From NCBI RefSeq assembly GCF_037042905.1, contig NC_087246.1, forward strand, positions 15,314,001-15,378,000: a stretch of DNA of 64,000 bases. The letters are read 5' to 3'. A program made the translations under genes and the position numbers. Under the pieces are notes generated by a model. The model saw nothing but the letters and a program-made list of their open reading frames with translations. It had not been told where the DNA came from and did no database searches. The DNA is from Lytechinus pictus. Its lineage: Eukaryota. Below, piece by piece: positions 1-13,536 of this stretch (position 1 is its first letter; the number at the start of each line of letters is the position of its first letter).

Positions 1-184
1 TTTTTAAATAGACTTTCTTATGGGAACACATGAGGTGTTTTACAGTATTTTTACTGAAGATGTAATTTAAAATGGAATTGCCATGCCTTAAAAGGAGAAT
101 TCACCCTGGTCAACATTCAGTGCAAATCAAAATTTGCATCACTGCAAAGAATACCTCCTAAGCGTAACAGACTTAAATCTAAAT

Positions 185-412
185 TTAGTTATGATGGTAA
201 TTCAACAAATACCCCCAACTTGTTCAAAGTTCATTGACCCTAAATGACCTTTGACCTTGGTCATGTGACCTGAAACTCAGGCAGGATATTCAGTAATACT
301 TATTATATACTGTCATTTCAAAAACTAAACCTTCGGTTAAGATTTGATGTTGACGCCGCCGCCGAAAAACAGCGCCTATAGTCTAGTCTCACTCTGCTAT
401 GCAGGTGAGACA
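185..412 (-). mobile_element. 5' fragment of Helentron-type non-autonomous element (HINE family A)
   Basis: Reverse complement matches the start of the 18080 element (TGTCTCACCTGCATAGCAGAGTGAGACTA...) and its internal CAAGGTCAAAGGTCATTTAGGGTCAATGAAC unit. Confidence 0.7.
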
Positions 413-1018
413 AAAATGAATTAAAACCAGGGTTGGCAATATTTTTTATTCAATTTTTTTATTTAAAAAATCGAATTTATTTGATTTAGGCCTATATCAG
501 ATTTTTTTTACAAAAATTTCTAAAATAAAAATTAAAGTGGAAACACCAAAAATAGAACCAAACTAAACCTAACTAAAATTATTACTAACTTCTATTCTAT
601 TTCATAATTAAATATAGTCAATATAAGTTATAACGTTAGAATTTATATCATAAACTTATAAAGTCATGATGAAGATGCATGCGGTTTTCTCTTTTCTGCC
701 AAAAAAAAGACAAAAATCGATGAGCCACGTCGGGGGGATTTTGCATTGTTATACCCCCTATGGTGGCTGTATGATAGCGAGCCGTCTGAGTACGAGGAGA
801 AATATAAAAAAAATGTTTAAAAAAACCCCTGAAACAGACGGCTGCCAGTGCCAGCTGTCATCACCATACCATGCATGAATGGACGAAGCGCGGGGCAGCG
901 CAGGCACAGTCGCACAGCTCATCTTGCACAATCATGACAAGGGCCAGGCAGCCGAGCTGCGCTGCTACAGCCTACACTAGGGCCTAGGCTACTGTCTAGT
1001 GACTGAAAGATCACTTAC

Positions 1019-1094
1019 CCAAAGACTCTGTTTGGTCTCCTAGTCCCACTTCTCCAGCTCCTCGTCTAGAACTGCTTCTGGTTCCAACAGGCAT
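1019..1094 (-). CDS. Probable first coding exon of an unidentified gene running off the left edge (MPVGTRSSSRRGAGEVGLGDQTESL...)
   Basis: GTCACCATG Kozak-like start, 25 open codons, then a consensus G|GTAAGT donor. Followed by a GC-rich intron start (840-1010). No homology recognised. Confidence 0.5.
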
Positions 1095-1265
1095 GGTGAC
1101 GTACTCCTATTCCACTAATAAATCAATCATGAGTCAAATTATTTCTTTAGAAAAAAGCCACAATACGATTTACACGTGTGAGTTGTATTACGCAATTAAC
1201 ATATATCACAAAAATATGAATTGATGCAGCGCCATCTACGTCTCGAACTTTATATTATCATGATT

Positions 1266-1299
1266 ATACATACCATAGAGATATCTCTATGATACATAC
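1266..1299. mobile_element. 18-bp palindromic transposon footprint with 8-bp TSD
   Basis: ATACATAC-[CATAGAGATATCTCTATG]-ATACATAC. Confidence 0.6.
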
Positions 1300-1646
1300 A
1301 TATTGAGTGATGTTCCAGCTGGAGCTTTTCAACATACCAACCGTGAAACCGTGAAATATTTCAAAAACAAATATATTTTTATATCTTATATTTTTTTGAA
1401 AATATGTATTTTTAAACAAAAGCAAAAAAAACTGACATTAAATAGAAATTTGTAAAATAAACAATAACCATCCAACCAACCTTAATTACCCTTTCCACGA
1501 ACAATCAGGTTTCACGCGCATTATTTACTATTCTGTATTTTTTATAGGTTGAGTTATTTTTTGGGCGAAGATTTTATGAAATTTTGTAGGACTAATAGGT
1601 GGATGGGTGACTAATCAAAATTAACGTTTATAATCGTCGCTTCATG

Positions 1647-1680
1647 GTTTGACCATAGAGCTATAGCTCTATGGTTTGAC
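1647..1680. mobile_element. 20-bp palindromic transposon footprint with 7-bp TSD
   Basis: GTTTGAC-[CATAGAGCTATAGCTCTATG]-GTTTGAC. Confidence 0.6.
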
Positions 1681-1689
1681 GTGACATGG

Positions 1690-2370
1690 GCTCAATTGTA
1701 TACAGAGATCCTAAAACTTCTATCACAGACTTTACTCAATCGATAAATGAGTGCCTTCAGGAGTTGCTCAAGGAAAAGAAGAATATTTACTTGATGGGGG
1801 ATTTCATTTCCTGAATGACACGTTGATGACTTTGTCAATATAATTTGTAATAATTCATTGCAGCCTCTGATAGATAAGCCAACATGCATTATTAATTCTA
1901 CTGTTTCTCTGATTGATTATATTATATCATGTTATATATACTAACGAATGTTCATTCTAACAATACTATCTCAGGTATTTTCTATACAGATTTAACTGAT
2001 CATTTTCCAATCTTTCAATTGGCTTTGAACCTTGGTATGGAAGCTATGTTGAACAAAATCATAATTATTAATCATAATCCATGCCAGCGTATTGATGCTG
2101 TAATTATTTAAAATTTGAAACACGATTTGTCTACTACTAAACTTAGGAATGATATGCTCATAAACGATGATCATGTAGTAAACTACAATACTTTTTCAAA
2201 TAAAATTTAATGTTCTTGTCAAGGTGAATCTAATTTTGTAGTCAAAAATCAATTTCGTAGAAAGAAAATTTTAAAAAACCTTGGATTACTGAAAATTTGT
2301 TATGATCAATTTTAAAAAAAGATAGGTTGTACAAACAGTTTTGTCTGGACAGGAAAAACTCTACGTTAAT
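1690..2370 (+). mobile_element. Decayed LINE ORF2 fragment (APE endonuclease end and linker)
   Basis: Frameshifted motifs MGDF, LIDKPT, LIDYI, SGIFYTDLTDHFPIF and KPWIT typical of CR1/L2-clade ORF2. Confidence 0.65.
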
Positions 2371-2379
2371 TTCACAAAA

Positions 2380-2535
2380 CAGTTTTATGCACATTCTGTT
2401 CGGTATGCAAATGAGGGGACCGATGACATCACCCACTCACTATTTCCATTGTATTTTGTTATATGAAATATGAAATATTTTGATTTTCTCGTCATTGTCA
2501 TGTGAAACGAAGTTTCATTCCTCCCCGAACACGTG
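2380..2535 (+). mobile_element. Internal fragment of the Kolobok-like MITE family seen at 40983
   Basis: GGTATGCAAATGAGG..GATGAC.TCA.CCACTCACTATTTCC shared with 41140-41270. Confidence 0.55.
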
Positions 2536-3004
2536 GAATTCCAACTTTTTATAAGTATATGTACTTATTCATCCTCGTCAGGATTTCCAAAGAACAGTCC
2601 TTAAAATATTTCCTTTTCAAACGCAAATATCGTAACTTTTCATCTCTAGCTACTGGATTGCATTTTGATATGTATCCATTAATTCTAATACAAATAGTTC
2701 TGAAATACATTTTTTTCTCGTTTAATTGTCAAAGTTTTTAATCACTCTCTGATTTGATATTGGAGATACAAATCCTCTTCATTAATTGTTGACAATTATT
2801 AATATATATATATATATATATATACTTTAAATGGGCGCGATTTTAGCACTTCCCCCGAGTGCCATTTGCCCTAGATACGACGCCACTAGTTGTCCGTGTT
2901 ACTGATATCGAGGAAAACATTTCTTCTCGAAAAAAAACTTTAACTAAGGATATAGTCTATTGGTTGGCTGCTCTTGCCGCACGATGGGGAGGGGGGCTGC
3001 TCAA

Positions 3005-3571
3005 AGTGATGCTCCGGGCTGAAAATAATAAGATTTGAACAGATAAATCAGACAAAAAAAACACTGAAAATTTGATCAAAATCAGACAAGGAATAACAAA
3101 GCAATTGTATTTTAAAGATTTGCATTATTCCGGTGAAACAAATATTCTAGGCATGTCTTTATGAATATTCAATGAGCAAATTTATGATGTCATATCCCCA
3201 CTTGTTCTTTTGTATTTTACATGTATTATATTAAATTAGGTCTATTCAAAGTTTTTCTACCAAGAACTGAAAAAATTGGATTGACAACTGATTTAATAAA
3301 TTATTTCATTTAAAAGGAGACACATTGTTCACACATGTGTGAAAAAAAATTAACACTGAAATATGAAAGTGGATATATGTGGCATCATCACCTAACTAAT
3401 GGATATTCATGATGACGTGCGTAACTATTATCACAAAATTGCTTAACTTTAAAATCTAAAAACTTTGTTATTTGTTATCCAATTTTGATGAAATGTTCAG
3501 CCTTTAATTTGCTCTGTGAATGTTATACTCTATTCATTTAGATACCAATGTTTTCAGCCCGGAGAATCCCT
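3005..3571. mobile_element. Kolobok-like MITE
   Basis: TIRs AGTGATGCTCCGGGCTGAAAA / TTTTCAGCCCGGAGAATCCCT with flanks TCAA and TTAA. Internal layout resembles the 6483 and 40983 elements. Confidence 0.6.
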
Positions 3572-3575
3572 TTAA

Positions 3576-3756
3576 ATGCATGCTTAAATGTTGGCCATGA
3601 ACAAAATTAATTGAATATGCTTCGACGGCTGATTATTTGCAGCCCTGAAATTCATGTTATGATATGATGCATGCTTAAATGTTGGCCATGAACAAAATTA
3701 ATTGAATATGCTTCGACGGCTGATTATTTGCAGCCCTGAAATTCATGTTATGATAT
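3576..3756. repeat. Near-perfect tandem duplication, 91-bp period, 2 copies
   Basis: ATGCATGCTTAAATGTTGGCC...CATGTTATGATAT at 3576 and 3667. Confidence 0.9.
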
Positions 3757-4149
3757 ACCGCGGACACATTTTCCATTATTAAAAAAAAAAAGTGAATGAT
3801 CACAAACGCCTTTAAATTGTGATGTTAATGTAAAATGATGGTGAAAACCGGGGATGAAAATCAATGTTTTTTGTTTAAAGTTATTTTTGTGCATTCGGTT
3901 GGTATGAAAAGTAAAAAAATCTTGCTTACAAAAATGACAAAAATACATACCGGTACCTACGGTACGGTCTATAATGTTACTGGCCCGTGTCTGGTATTCT
4001 GTTTTAAGAAAAGCATAAGGGGTCTACCTCTCTTGATCAATGTGATTTATATAAGCATTTATTTACTTATTTCCTCACTGGAGTACATACATTTTATGAA
4101 GGCGGATCAGGAATGGGTGGAGTTGTTTTGAATTTAGTTTCGCAACTCC

Positions 4150-4321
4150 TTTTTTGTCATTAAAAATTCGTCGCCCTCGCTCGTTGTTCATTGGCCAAGA
4201 GTTATCGCAGTTCTATTTTTAGATTACGAGATGTATTTATACAGGAGTAAACGCCCAAGCGAATACACTGCCTTCTCTACCCAAATTACAAAGGATTTTA
4301 GTCAAATTTACGGCATCTCAG
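4150..4321 (+). promoter_or_regulatory. MAPK7: Putative MAPK7 promoter and non-coding exon 1
   Basis: Inverted CCAAT (ATTGG 4190-4194), CAG|GTAAAA donor after 4321, CpG-enriched sequence downstream. The exon at 6241 has an acceptor, so an upstream exon is required. Confidence 0.4.
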
Positions 4322-6294
4322 GTAAAATTCTTGACTCTTGTAAGTTTATTACTACTGTGAAATCTATTTTGGATACGTTTTAATCGTATTTGTTATTGTC
4401 GGCCTTGGAAGGTTCTGTTTTCTTTGCAAAATTATTTATCATGTTCATATCGGTCCCGCATGTACCATCTGATGTTTGTTAGGACTGAAGTAAAATCTTC
4501 CCATTTGCGCGCTGGGCCCACTCACACGTATTGCGAGGTTAGTATTAGTATACTAACCTCGCACCACGAACCGCGTTTGGCAGTGGATTTCTAACTAGTG
4601 GGTCGCGCGTGCTGGGATCTCACTTCTTAGGTCCACAACACACGACTTCTATGGCTTGAATTTTCTGTGCGCGGCGGCATGTAATGACAATGTCCTTGGG
4701 TGCGCTGGGCCCGGGGCATTGGCTTGCCCTAATTGCATTTATTCAATATACAAGGTTGAAGGTTATGAATGATGTATCCCTATTCTCTGTTGTTAGTACT
4801 CCCTGTGTGGTTAGACAGGAATAACCGTCGTTTCTGGGGATTTATTCAACAATTTCTGACATTTTACTGTAATCCCCATGTATGGTGAGTGAGCCAACGC
4901 AGTTCAGCGGAACAACCAAAATACAGAGACTGAAGCTTTTGGTCTACTGTGTGGTTAGCCAGGAGGCTCATAAAAGAGTAAAAATTATTCACTAACAAAA
5001 ACCATGTGCTATTCAAATTAGCTGTTGAATTGAAGGCAAGACTAGAGCCAAGATCGTAATAAAGTTGGTATTAAAAGTATTATATGATAGCTCTAGGTCA
5101 GTAGGTGGGGGATACTAAATTTCTACACAGAATTTTGAAACTCATTAAATATGCTATTTTATGCATATTTTTCATAACTCACAAAATATGCTTATTTATT
5201 TGTTGAATGATTTTGATTTTTTTTTCCATCTGACAATTCTGAGAGCCTCATTAGGTCCACCAAGGTTCTACACAGAATTTATAAATTTTGACGAGAAAAT
5301 TATTAATGCTGATTTATACAAAATTTATTCATAAATAAAAAAAAATGCTTTTCTGTCATTTATTCATTAATATCAATTCTGTGTCCTCAATTTATGTGAC
5401 CATTATAATTCACTTCAATGTCAACTGGGCTGAATTTTGCTGCAAGATCCACATCATTGTTGTGCTAGTTACATTCATGGAGGATGGAATTTGAATAAAC
5501 ATAATTTCCTCTGATAAAGTTACCCAGAATGATTGAAGAGATAACATCATCAACTCATTGCATTTTCATGAAGAAATGTATATACTGTTTACTGAAGTAT
5601 TGCTAAACTTTTACATTAAATTTTTTGATTATTCTCAATCTCATCAAATTTTTATGCAATTTTTAGGGGTTTTTTTAACCTTATTTTTGCACTGTTTTAA
5701 AAAACTTTCACCCTGCAATAGCCTTTTAACAACTTGCCCTTTCATGTTTTTGCTAGGTTATTTTTGCTTGCCATTGCTTTTACAACAACTCCAAATTATA
5801 TTGACATGTCTATGTCTGGAGAATTTGTAATCTATTATCATGGTTGGTCATTTGAAAAATTTGTCAGTCATAAATGCAAAAATATCGATTTCCAAATTGC
5901 CAATGCTTTTTGCTGTCTTCCACATCTAATCTTGGGTGGAAGTGTAGCACTCACAATAATTCATAGACCTACGTTCATGTTCTGAGGCATGCTTGTTATT
6001 AAACCACCTACAGTACAATATTCAAATTAAAATTGTAACAGGTAATGGCCTACTTGTATTTTAGTCTGAACTCAGAAGTGCCTTGTGCATTGAATTGCAT
6101 AGCCTTGGCATTCACTCCTTACAAACAATGCACACAATTAGTGATATAATGCCAGAGGCTGCTGACAAAGTTACATTTTTCATGTTTTACATAATTATAT
6201 TAACGATGAATAATTTTATCTGCTTTTTTGTTACCTGTAGATCTCAATGATGCCTTCGATTTGAACTTGGATCGAGTATAAGTAAACTGACACA

Positions 6295-6403
6295 ATGCAA
6301 CAAGCTGCATCACGGAGTCTTCTTGCCTTTAAGGGCAGATGCATGGATGTCAAGTTTGACATAGGAAACTCAAATTATAAGCCTCTTGAGAAGATAGGAA
6401 CAG
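6295..6403 (+). CDS. MAPK7: ERK5/MAPK7 coding exon 1; CDS join(6295..6403,7526..9527,10269..10399,10769..11945,13311..13536), 3645 nt, ~1214 aa
   Basis: Acceptor CTGTAG| at 6240. Encodes MQQAASRSLLAFKGRCMDVKFDIGNSNYKPLEKIGT(G), matching the ERK5 N-terminus. Phase-1 donor G|GTATAC joins to GAYGVV. Confidence 0.85.
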
Positions 6404-6482
6404 GTATACAAACAAGCATTACTTTCATGTGTAAAATTAGTTTTGAAATTGTTATTATTTGACTTTGTCTTGACAAAATTAA

Positions 6483-7077
6483 AGGGGAATCCAACCCAAT
6501 TAAAAACTTGTTTTTATAAGAAAAAGATAAATTAGACAAGTTGATATGTGAAAGTTTGAACCTTATTGGACAAACAACAAGAAAGTTATGAATTTTTAAA
6601 AGTTGTAAATATTGATAATCACTATACTCATGGAGACTTCAAATTGGCTACATACGGGATGTCATAGTGATGTAAGGCAAGGACTACTCTTCCATGTACT
6701 CCACTACATATTATGGCTAAAATGTCATTTTTCCGAAAAGTCTTATTTCAAATTACATTTTTCTTTCATGAGGACATTAAACAATATACTACCTGGGTTA
6801 TATTTAGATTACTGCCCCAGGGGAATGGATACTTAGGAGAAAACCACAAAACCCTGATAATAAAGTACATGGCCTATGGGAAAGTTGTCCTTGCCCCTTG
6901 TCATAATTTACTTACCCAGTTGCCAATTTGAAATCTACATACTATTAGTGATCCCAATTTTAAAGCAGCTATAACTTTCTTATTGCTTGTCCGATTTCTT
7001 TCAAATTTTCACCATTCTGTTTAATTTATTTTTCTCCTTCCCAACACAACATTTTATGGCCAAGGCTGGATTCCCCT
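6483..7077. mobile_element. Kolobok-like MITE in MAPK7 intron
   Basis: TTAA TSDs (6479-6482, 7078-7081); TIRs AGGGGAATCCA / TGGATTCCCCT. Confidence 0.75.
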
Positions 7078-7137
7078 TTAATTGTGGAATGTATTTATTA
7101 GTTGGAATAAGTATTGAAATGAACTACCATTGAATAC

Positions 7138-7262
7138 CAGGGGCCGCAGAACGGTTTTCATAGTGGGGGGGGGGGGGGGCTGACTATGCAAAAATCACAA
7201 TCATATGGTAATTTTTACGTTTTTGTATCCCCCCCCCCCCCCCCCCGTTTCCACGGCCCCTG
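7138..7262. mobile_element. Short MITE with poly-G/poly-C arms
   Basis: TIR CAGGGGCCG / CGGCCCCTG flanked by AATAC on both sides; related copy at ~47919-48080. Confidence 0.55.
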
Positions 7263-7506
7263 AATACTTTAAATTTAGTATAGCATGTACATGTAGTGTT
7301 ATTTCCCAAGAAAATTCCTGGAATATGTACATTTTTTAATTCCAATAGTTTGAAAATGAAATGACAGACAAGAAATAGTCTGTCCATGTCAGAACTCGAT
7401 GCTTTGAGAAATTATTCTATGTATTTTTTTTCTTTATTTCAAAATGAAATTGAATGTTCCTTCAGTAGCATTTGGTTGAATTCCAGCGTGACAGTCCATT
7501 TCTTGA

Positions 7507-9606
<2,100 letters not shown>

Positions 9607-10268
9607 TAGTTCCACCTTTACATTTGATTTAGATATTAATGCGAAAAATGATAGGGAGAAACATTAGAAAGATTGAATCATTTTTAGAGAAAAACCTTTC
9701 AAATATCAGAATATATGTCTATTATAATCTAAAATCACTTGTTTTCCAGTAATTTATTTATACATTTGTTCTATCCATTGTACATTCTATTCATTGTGCT
9801 GAATTATGGCAGCGTCCTTCAGGAAATATATCGTCTTGGAGCTAATATAATATATATATGGAGGAAACCTGTCGATAAAGATCACTTGACTGACGACCAT
9901 TGTCTTCAATGGGTGGTCTTTATGCAGAGGTTTTACTGTATAAAGTCAGAAATTCGCCAGCTTTCATAGGGAATTTGAAACTGCTTGGGTGTTAACCCAG
10001 TAATAAATTCTGGTCATCACACTCTGCATAGAGAGGAGCTCAATGACCATCATCTCTTTATCTACTATCATTATACAGTCCCAATTTTCTCCTGCAAGAC
10101 AATGCCCCAAAGCAGAGTGAAGAATTTAAATAGTGGTGTAACTAGTTTAGCTGTGCTTTAGAGATGAAGCTCTAATGAATATATATCCAGTGCTTTTCAC
10201 AAATGTTTGCTTATCAAAGCTGATGAATCTATAACTTATCAAGAATTGTATTGAATTCTGCTCTACAG

Positions 10269-10399
10269 CAAAGAAGCAGATGGTCAGCGAGACCGCTCCA
10301 ATAGCACTGGACAGAAAACCATCTCAGAAGACACAAAGGCTCTCATCAAAGCAGCTCTCATGAACTCTGCTCTCAAGAATCATAAAAAGGAGAGAGTAG
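10269..10399 (+). CDS. MAPK7: ERK5/MAPK7 coding exon 3
   Basis: TISEDTKALIKAALMNS corresponds to the vertebrate ERK5 ISDNTKAALKAALLKS segment. CAG| acceptor, G|GTGAGT donor, phases consistent. Confidence 0.9.
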
Positions 10400-10768
10400 G
10401 TGAGTTACTGCAACTTTTATTTTATCGAAATCCCAAACTAAGATGACATGGGTGCAGTGAAATCATTGGAATTGTCATTATTATTGTCAATCATTGTCAG
10501 CATTTATTACAGAGTGTAATCTTCAGTTGATGTCATGCTAGGTGTAAAATGGTATGAATGCTCATAATGATGAATTCATGATTTTTTATAGAGAGCATGC
10601 ATTTTCTTCATTGAGCCTAGTAGGTGTTTCATCTTTGATAAATCATTGTAATTCCTTCTGGTTTCCAATGCAATGTACCTGACAAACTTCTGTCTGGCAT
10701 TCGGAAGATGGTGTTTTCCATAAACTTTCTTTATATTTGATTTTTTTTTTCATTCTCTCCTATCTTAG

Positions 10769-11945
10769 AATCTACTTCAAGTGAACCAGGCAAAGGAGGT
10801 GGAAAGATGCCTGTGACAGCGTTATCTCGTCAGCGGGAACGAGAGGAGAAACGCAAGCAGAAAATGCGGCGATCGATGAAGAAGAAGAAGAATCGCAATG
10901 ACAAAGAGGAAAAGAATGTACCTCCTGCTCTTTTGACAGAGGAGGATAAAAGTATGTTAGAGAGATGGAATCGGATGCAACAAAAAGAAGCTACTGCTTC
11001 AAAGTCTCAGGATGAAAGCTCCAGAAGAGTGAAGTCTGAATCAGATGTGCCATATGAGCCAGCAGCTAAGTCTCAGGTTCCAAACAATCCCAAAAGATCT
11101 GACGTTGTGCAATATTCAATCAAAATTGAATCAGACGTTTCAAGTAGAAATGATTCAAAAAGTTTTAAAGTGTCAGGGAGTCTAATGGAGTCTCCAAAAT
11201 TTGGTGCAACCGCAAGTCCAACTCTCTTTGATGAGATATCATCTTTGAATCAAGAAAGTTATCCGCAATCCCCTGATTACCTCTCCCAGCTAGACCTACC
11301 TTCAGGGAATAGTTTGTTTGGATCTGTTTCTCCCTATTCCCTTAATGTGGAGAGCACAAGTGAAACAGGTAACTCATCTCAAAACAGAATGCCTTTGGGA
11401 GCTACATGTGGTCCTCAAGAGGAACTACAATTTAATTCCACCCTGCAAGCAACAAACCAACAAACCATGCCCTTCTCGCCCATGTTTGTTGCAACATCAA
11501 GGAATCGCTCCGGCAGTGATGTGTTCCTCAGCCCAAAGAAGTCTCCAAAGCAGCAGTTCCTGTACCGCTCTCCTGCAGATCGACAGACGCCCTCACCACC
11601 CAGTCACATCCCATCTCCACCATCATGCCTACAGAAATCACCACCTGATTACAGGTCCACAACTGCACAAGCCAATCCTGTAGGGTTGTTTAACAACCAA
11701 ACCACCTCCTTGGCAGGTCAATCACAAGACCCTTCTGTAGGCAGACGTAATGATTCAACTTCTTCAGACATCACCACCATCATCAGACAGCTTTCTCGCT
11801 CTGTTGTGGAAGACACATTGCCCTCACTGTTATCTGTGCCTTTACCAGTCACGCCAAAGGGAGATGGAGGTGGCTATGGGCTCAGTCTTGATATTGAGGA
11901 ACTGATGGGAGAATCTCTTGACCCCAATGTCCAAATAAATGATGG
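10769..11945 (+). CDS. MAPK7: ERK5/MAPK7 coding exon 4 (NLS region and start of C-terminal activation domain)
   Basis: PVTALSRQREREEKRK, DKSMLERWNRM and TPKGDGGGYGLSLDIEE are ERK5 tail signatures. TAG| acceptor, GG|GTAGGC donor. Confidence 0.9.
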
Positions 11946-11970
11946 GTAGGCATACGTTCAATTTCTATTT

Positions 11971-12342
11971 GAAGAGTTTGTTTGCAAACGGGGTTAGATC
12001 CAATTTAGACCATTCCCATATGGCAATATTCTTATGCGAAACTAAATTGTCATGATATACTACCCTACCATGTGCACATAAAATTTACCTGTCTTCATAT
12101 TTTTTTCAAAAAATTACTATTGTGGATCTAGCCCCTTTTGCAAACAAACTGAAATGGATCCAACCACTTAGATAAAAAAGTGGTTTTTCTTTGCCATGTT
12201 TGTTCACTTTTTAATGGAAATTTCCACTTTTCTTTGGTATCATCCTATAGAGCTACTAAAAATCTATACATTGAGACCCCCCCAAAAAAAAAATCAAATT
12301 TGATGAAAAATAGACCTAACCCCTTTTGCAATTGAGCTCTTC
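11971..12342. mobile_element. MITE (possibly Sola-like) 25 nt downstream of a MAPK7 donor
   Basis: Imperfect TIRs GAAGAG.T..TTGCAAA.GGGGTTAG / CTAACCCCTTTTGCAATTGAGCTCTTC; flanks ATTT and ATTG. Confidence 0.55.
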
Positions 12343-13310
12343 ATTGGTCAATAAAGTTAACATAGTTATCTATCAGAGGAAAAATTATACGAGGGCCGGG
12401 GGCGATTTAGTCTTTTGAAATACTCAAAATGTCCTGGAAACTAAAAAAAGGAGTCCTTGAAATGCCCATTCACCGTAATGTTAAAGCCCCTCCAATGTTG
12501 CAGATTTAGGCAGTAAGTTGTGAAAAGTGGCCCCCGAAAATTAGAAAATAATTTTGCCTATTATCCTTACAAAGGTTTGACTTTGACCCCCCCCCCCCCA
12601 CATTCTTCTTTCTATTCACACCAGTGTAGGAAATACATAAGAGTGACGGGCCATTTCGGCCCAAATTCTCTCGTAATTCCCAAAGTGGAATGATTTGGGG
12701 CAACTGCAACTATCTTCGCAAGAGTAGCCCTATCTAGCCATTCAAGAATTTTAATATAAAGAGTATTTAGAGAATTAATCATCTACATATGGCAGAATAA
12801 TTATATTTTCTTCTATACCATAATTGTGTGTTGTATATAAAAGTATTCCTTGAAATAGCCCTTAAAATTCAGTAATCTGCCAAATGTGAGTAAAAAAAGA
12901 AGAATATTTCCACCCTTAATGCACATACATTGTAGATTATTCCATATTTAATGTTATATTATTCAATTTTTAAAGATGAATATATTTCAAGTCTATATCA
13001 AAATCTACAAGGCCAGGGTACTACTGCTATATTGTAAAGAGATGCATTTATAATAAGTTCAGAAGAGACCATGTACATGTAGCACTCAATCATAAAACTG
13101 TGTCTTGTTTTTTTAATTAGCTCTGATGAAATGCATGAAAGCGATGGTGACATCAGTTTTCATGTACATGAAGAAATAGTGTTCTGAAAGTAGTTGTGAT
13201 TAAACAGACTTCAAGTGACCCTTTCTTGGAATTCTTTACATTTTTAATTAAACAGTCATTGAAATATATTATCTACTCTCTCTTTCTCACTGTTTAAATG
13301 ATGTTAACAG

Positions 13311-13536
13311 CAACAGATGTGATTCCGCTCCTCTCTCTGCCTCACTCCTCTCTGATTGGCTGGACGTCCGCAACCTGAACTCTGAAGATATGAAGGCGAT
13401 TGAGCAGGATGTGCGTAACCTGACCAATGAGAACTTACGCGATATACAACGTGAGCTCGGACTCACTTCACCTGTAGGTATACCGATCATACCACCTTTG
13501 GGTGCAGGGCAGTCAGACAGGAACCGAAAGATGTAA
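13311..13536 (+). CDS. MAPK7: ERK5/MAPK7 last coding exon
   Basis: DSAPLSASLLSDWLD is the ERK5 C-terminal signature; TAA stop at 13534-13536. Alternative in-frame acceptor at 13316. Confidence 0.9.
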
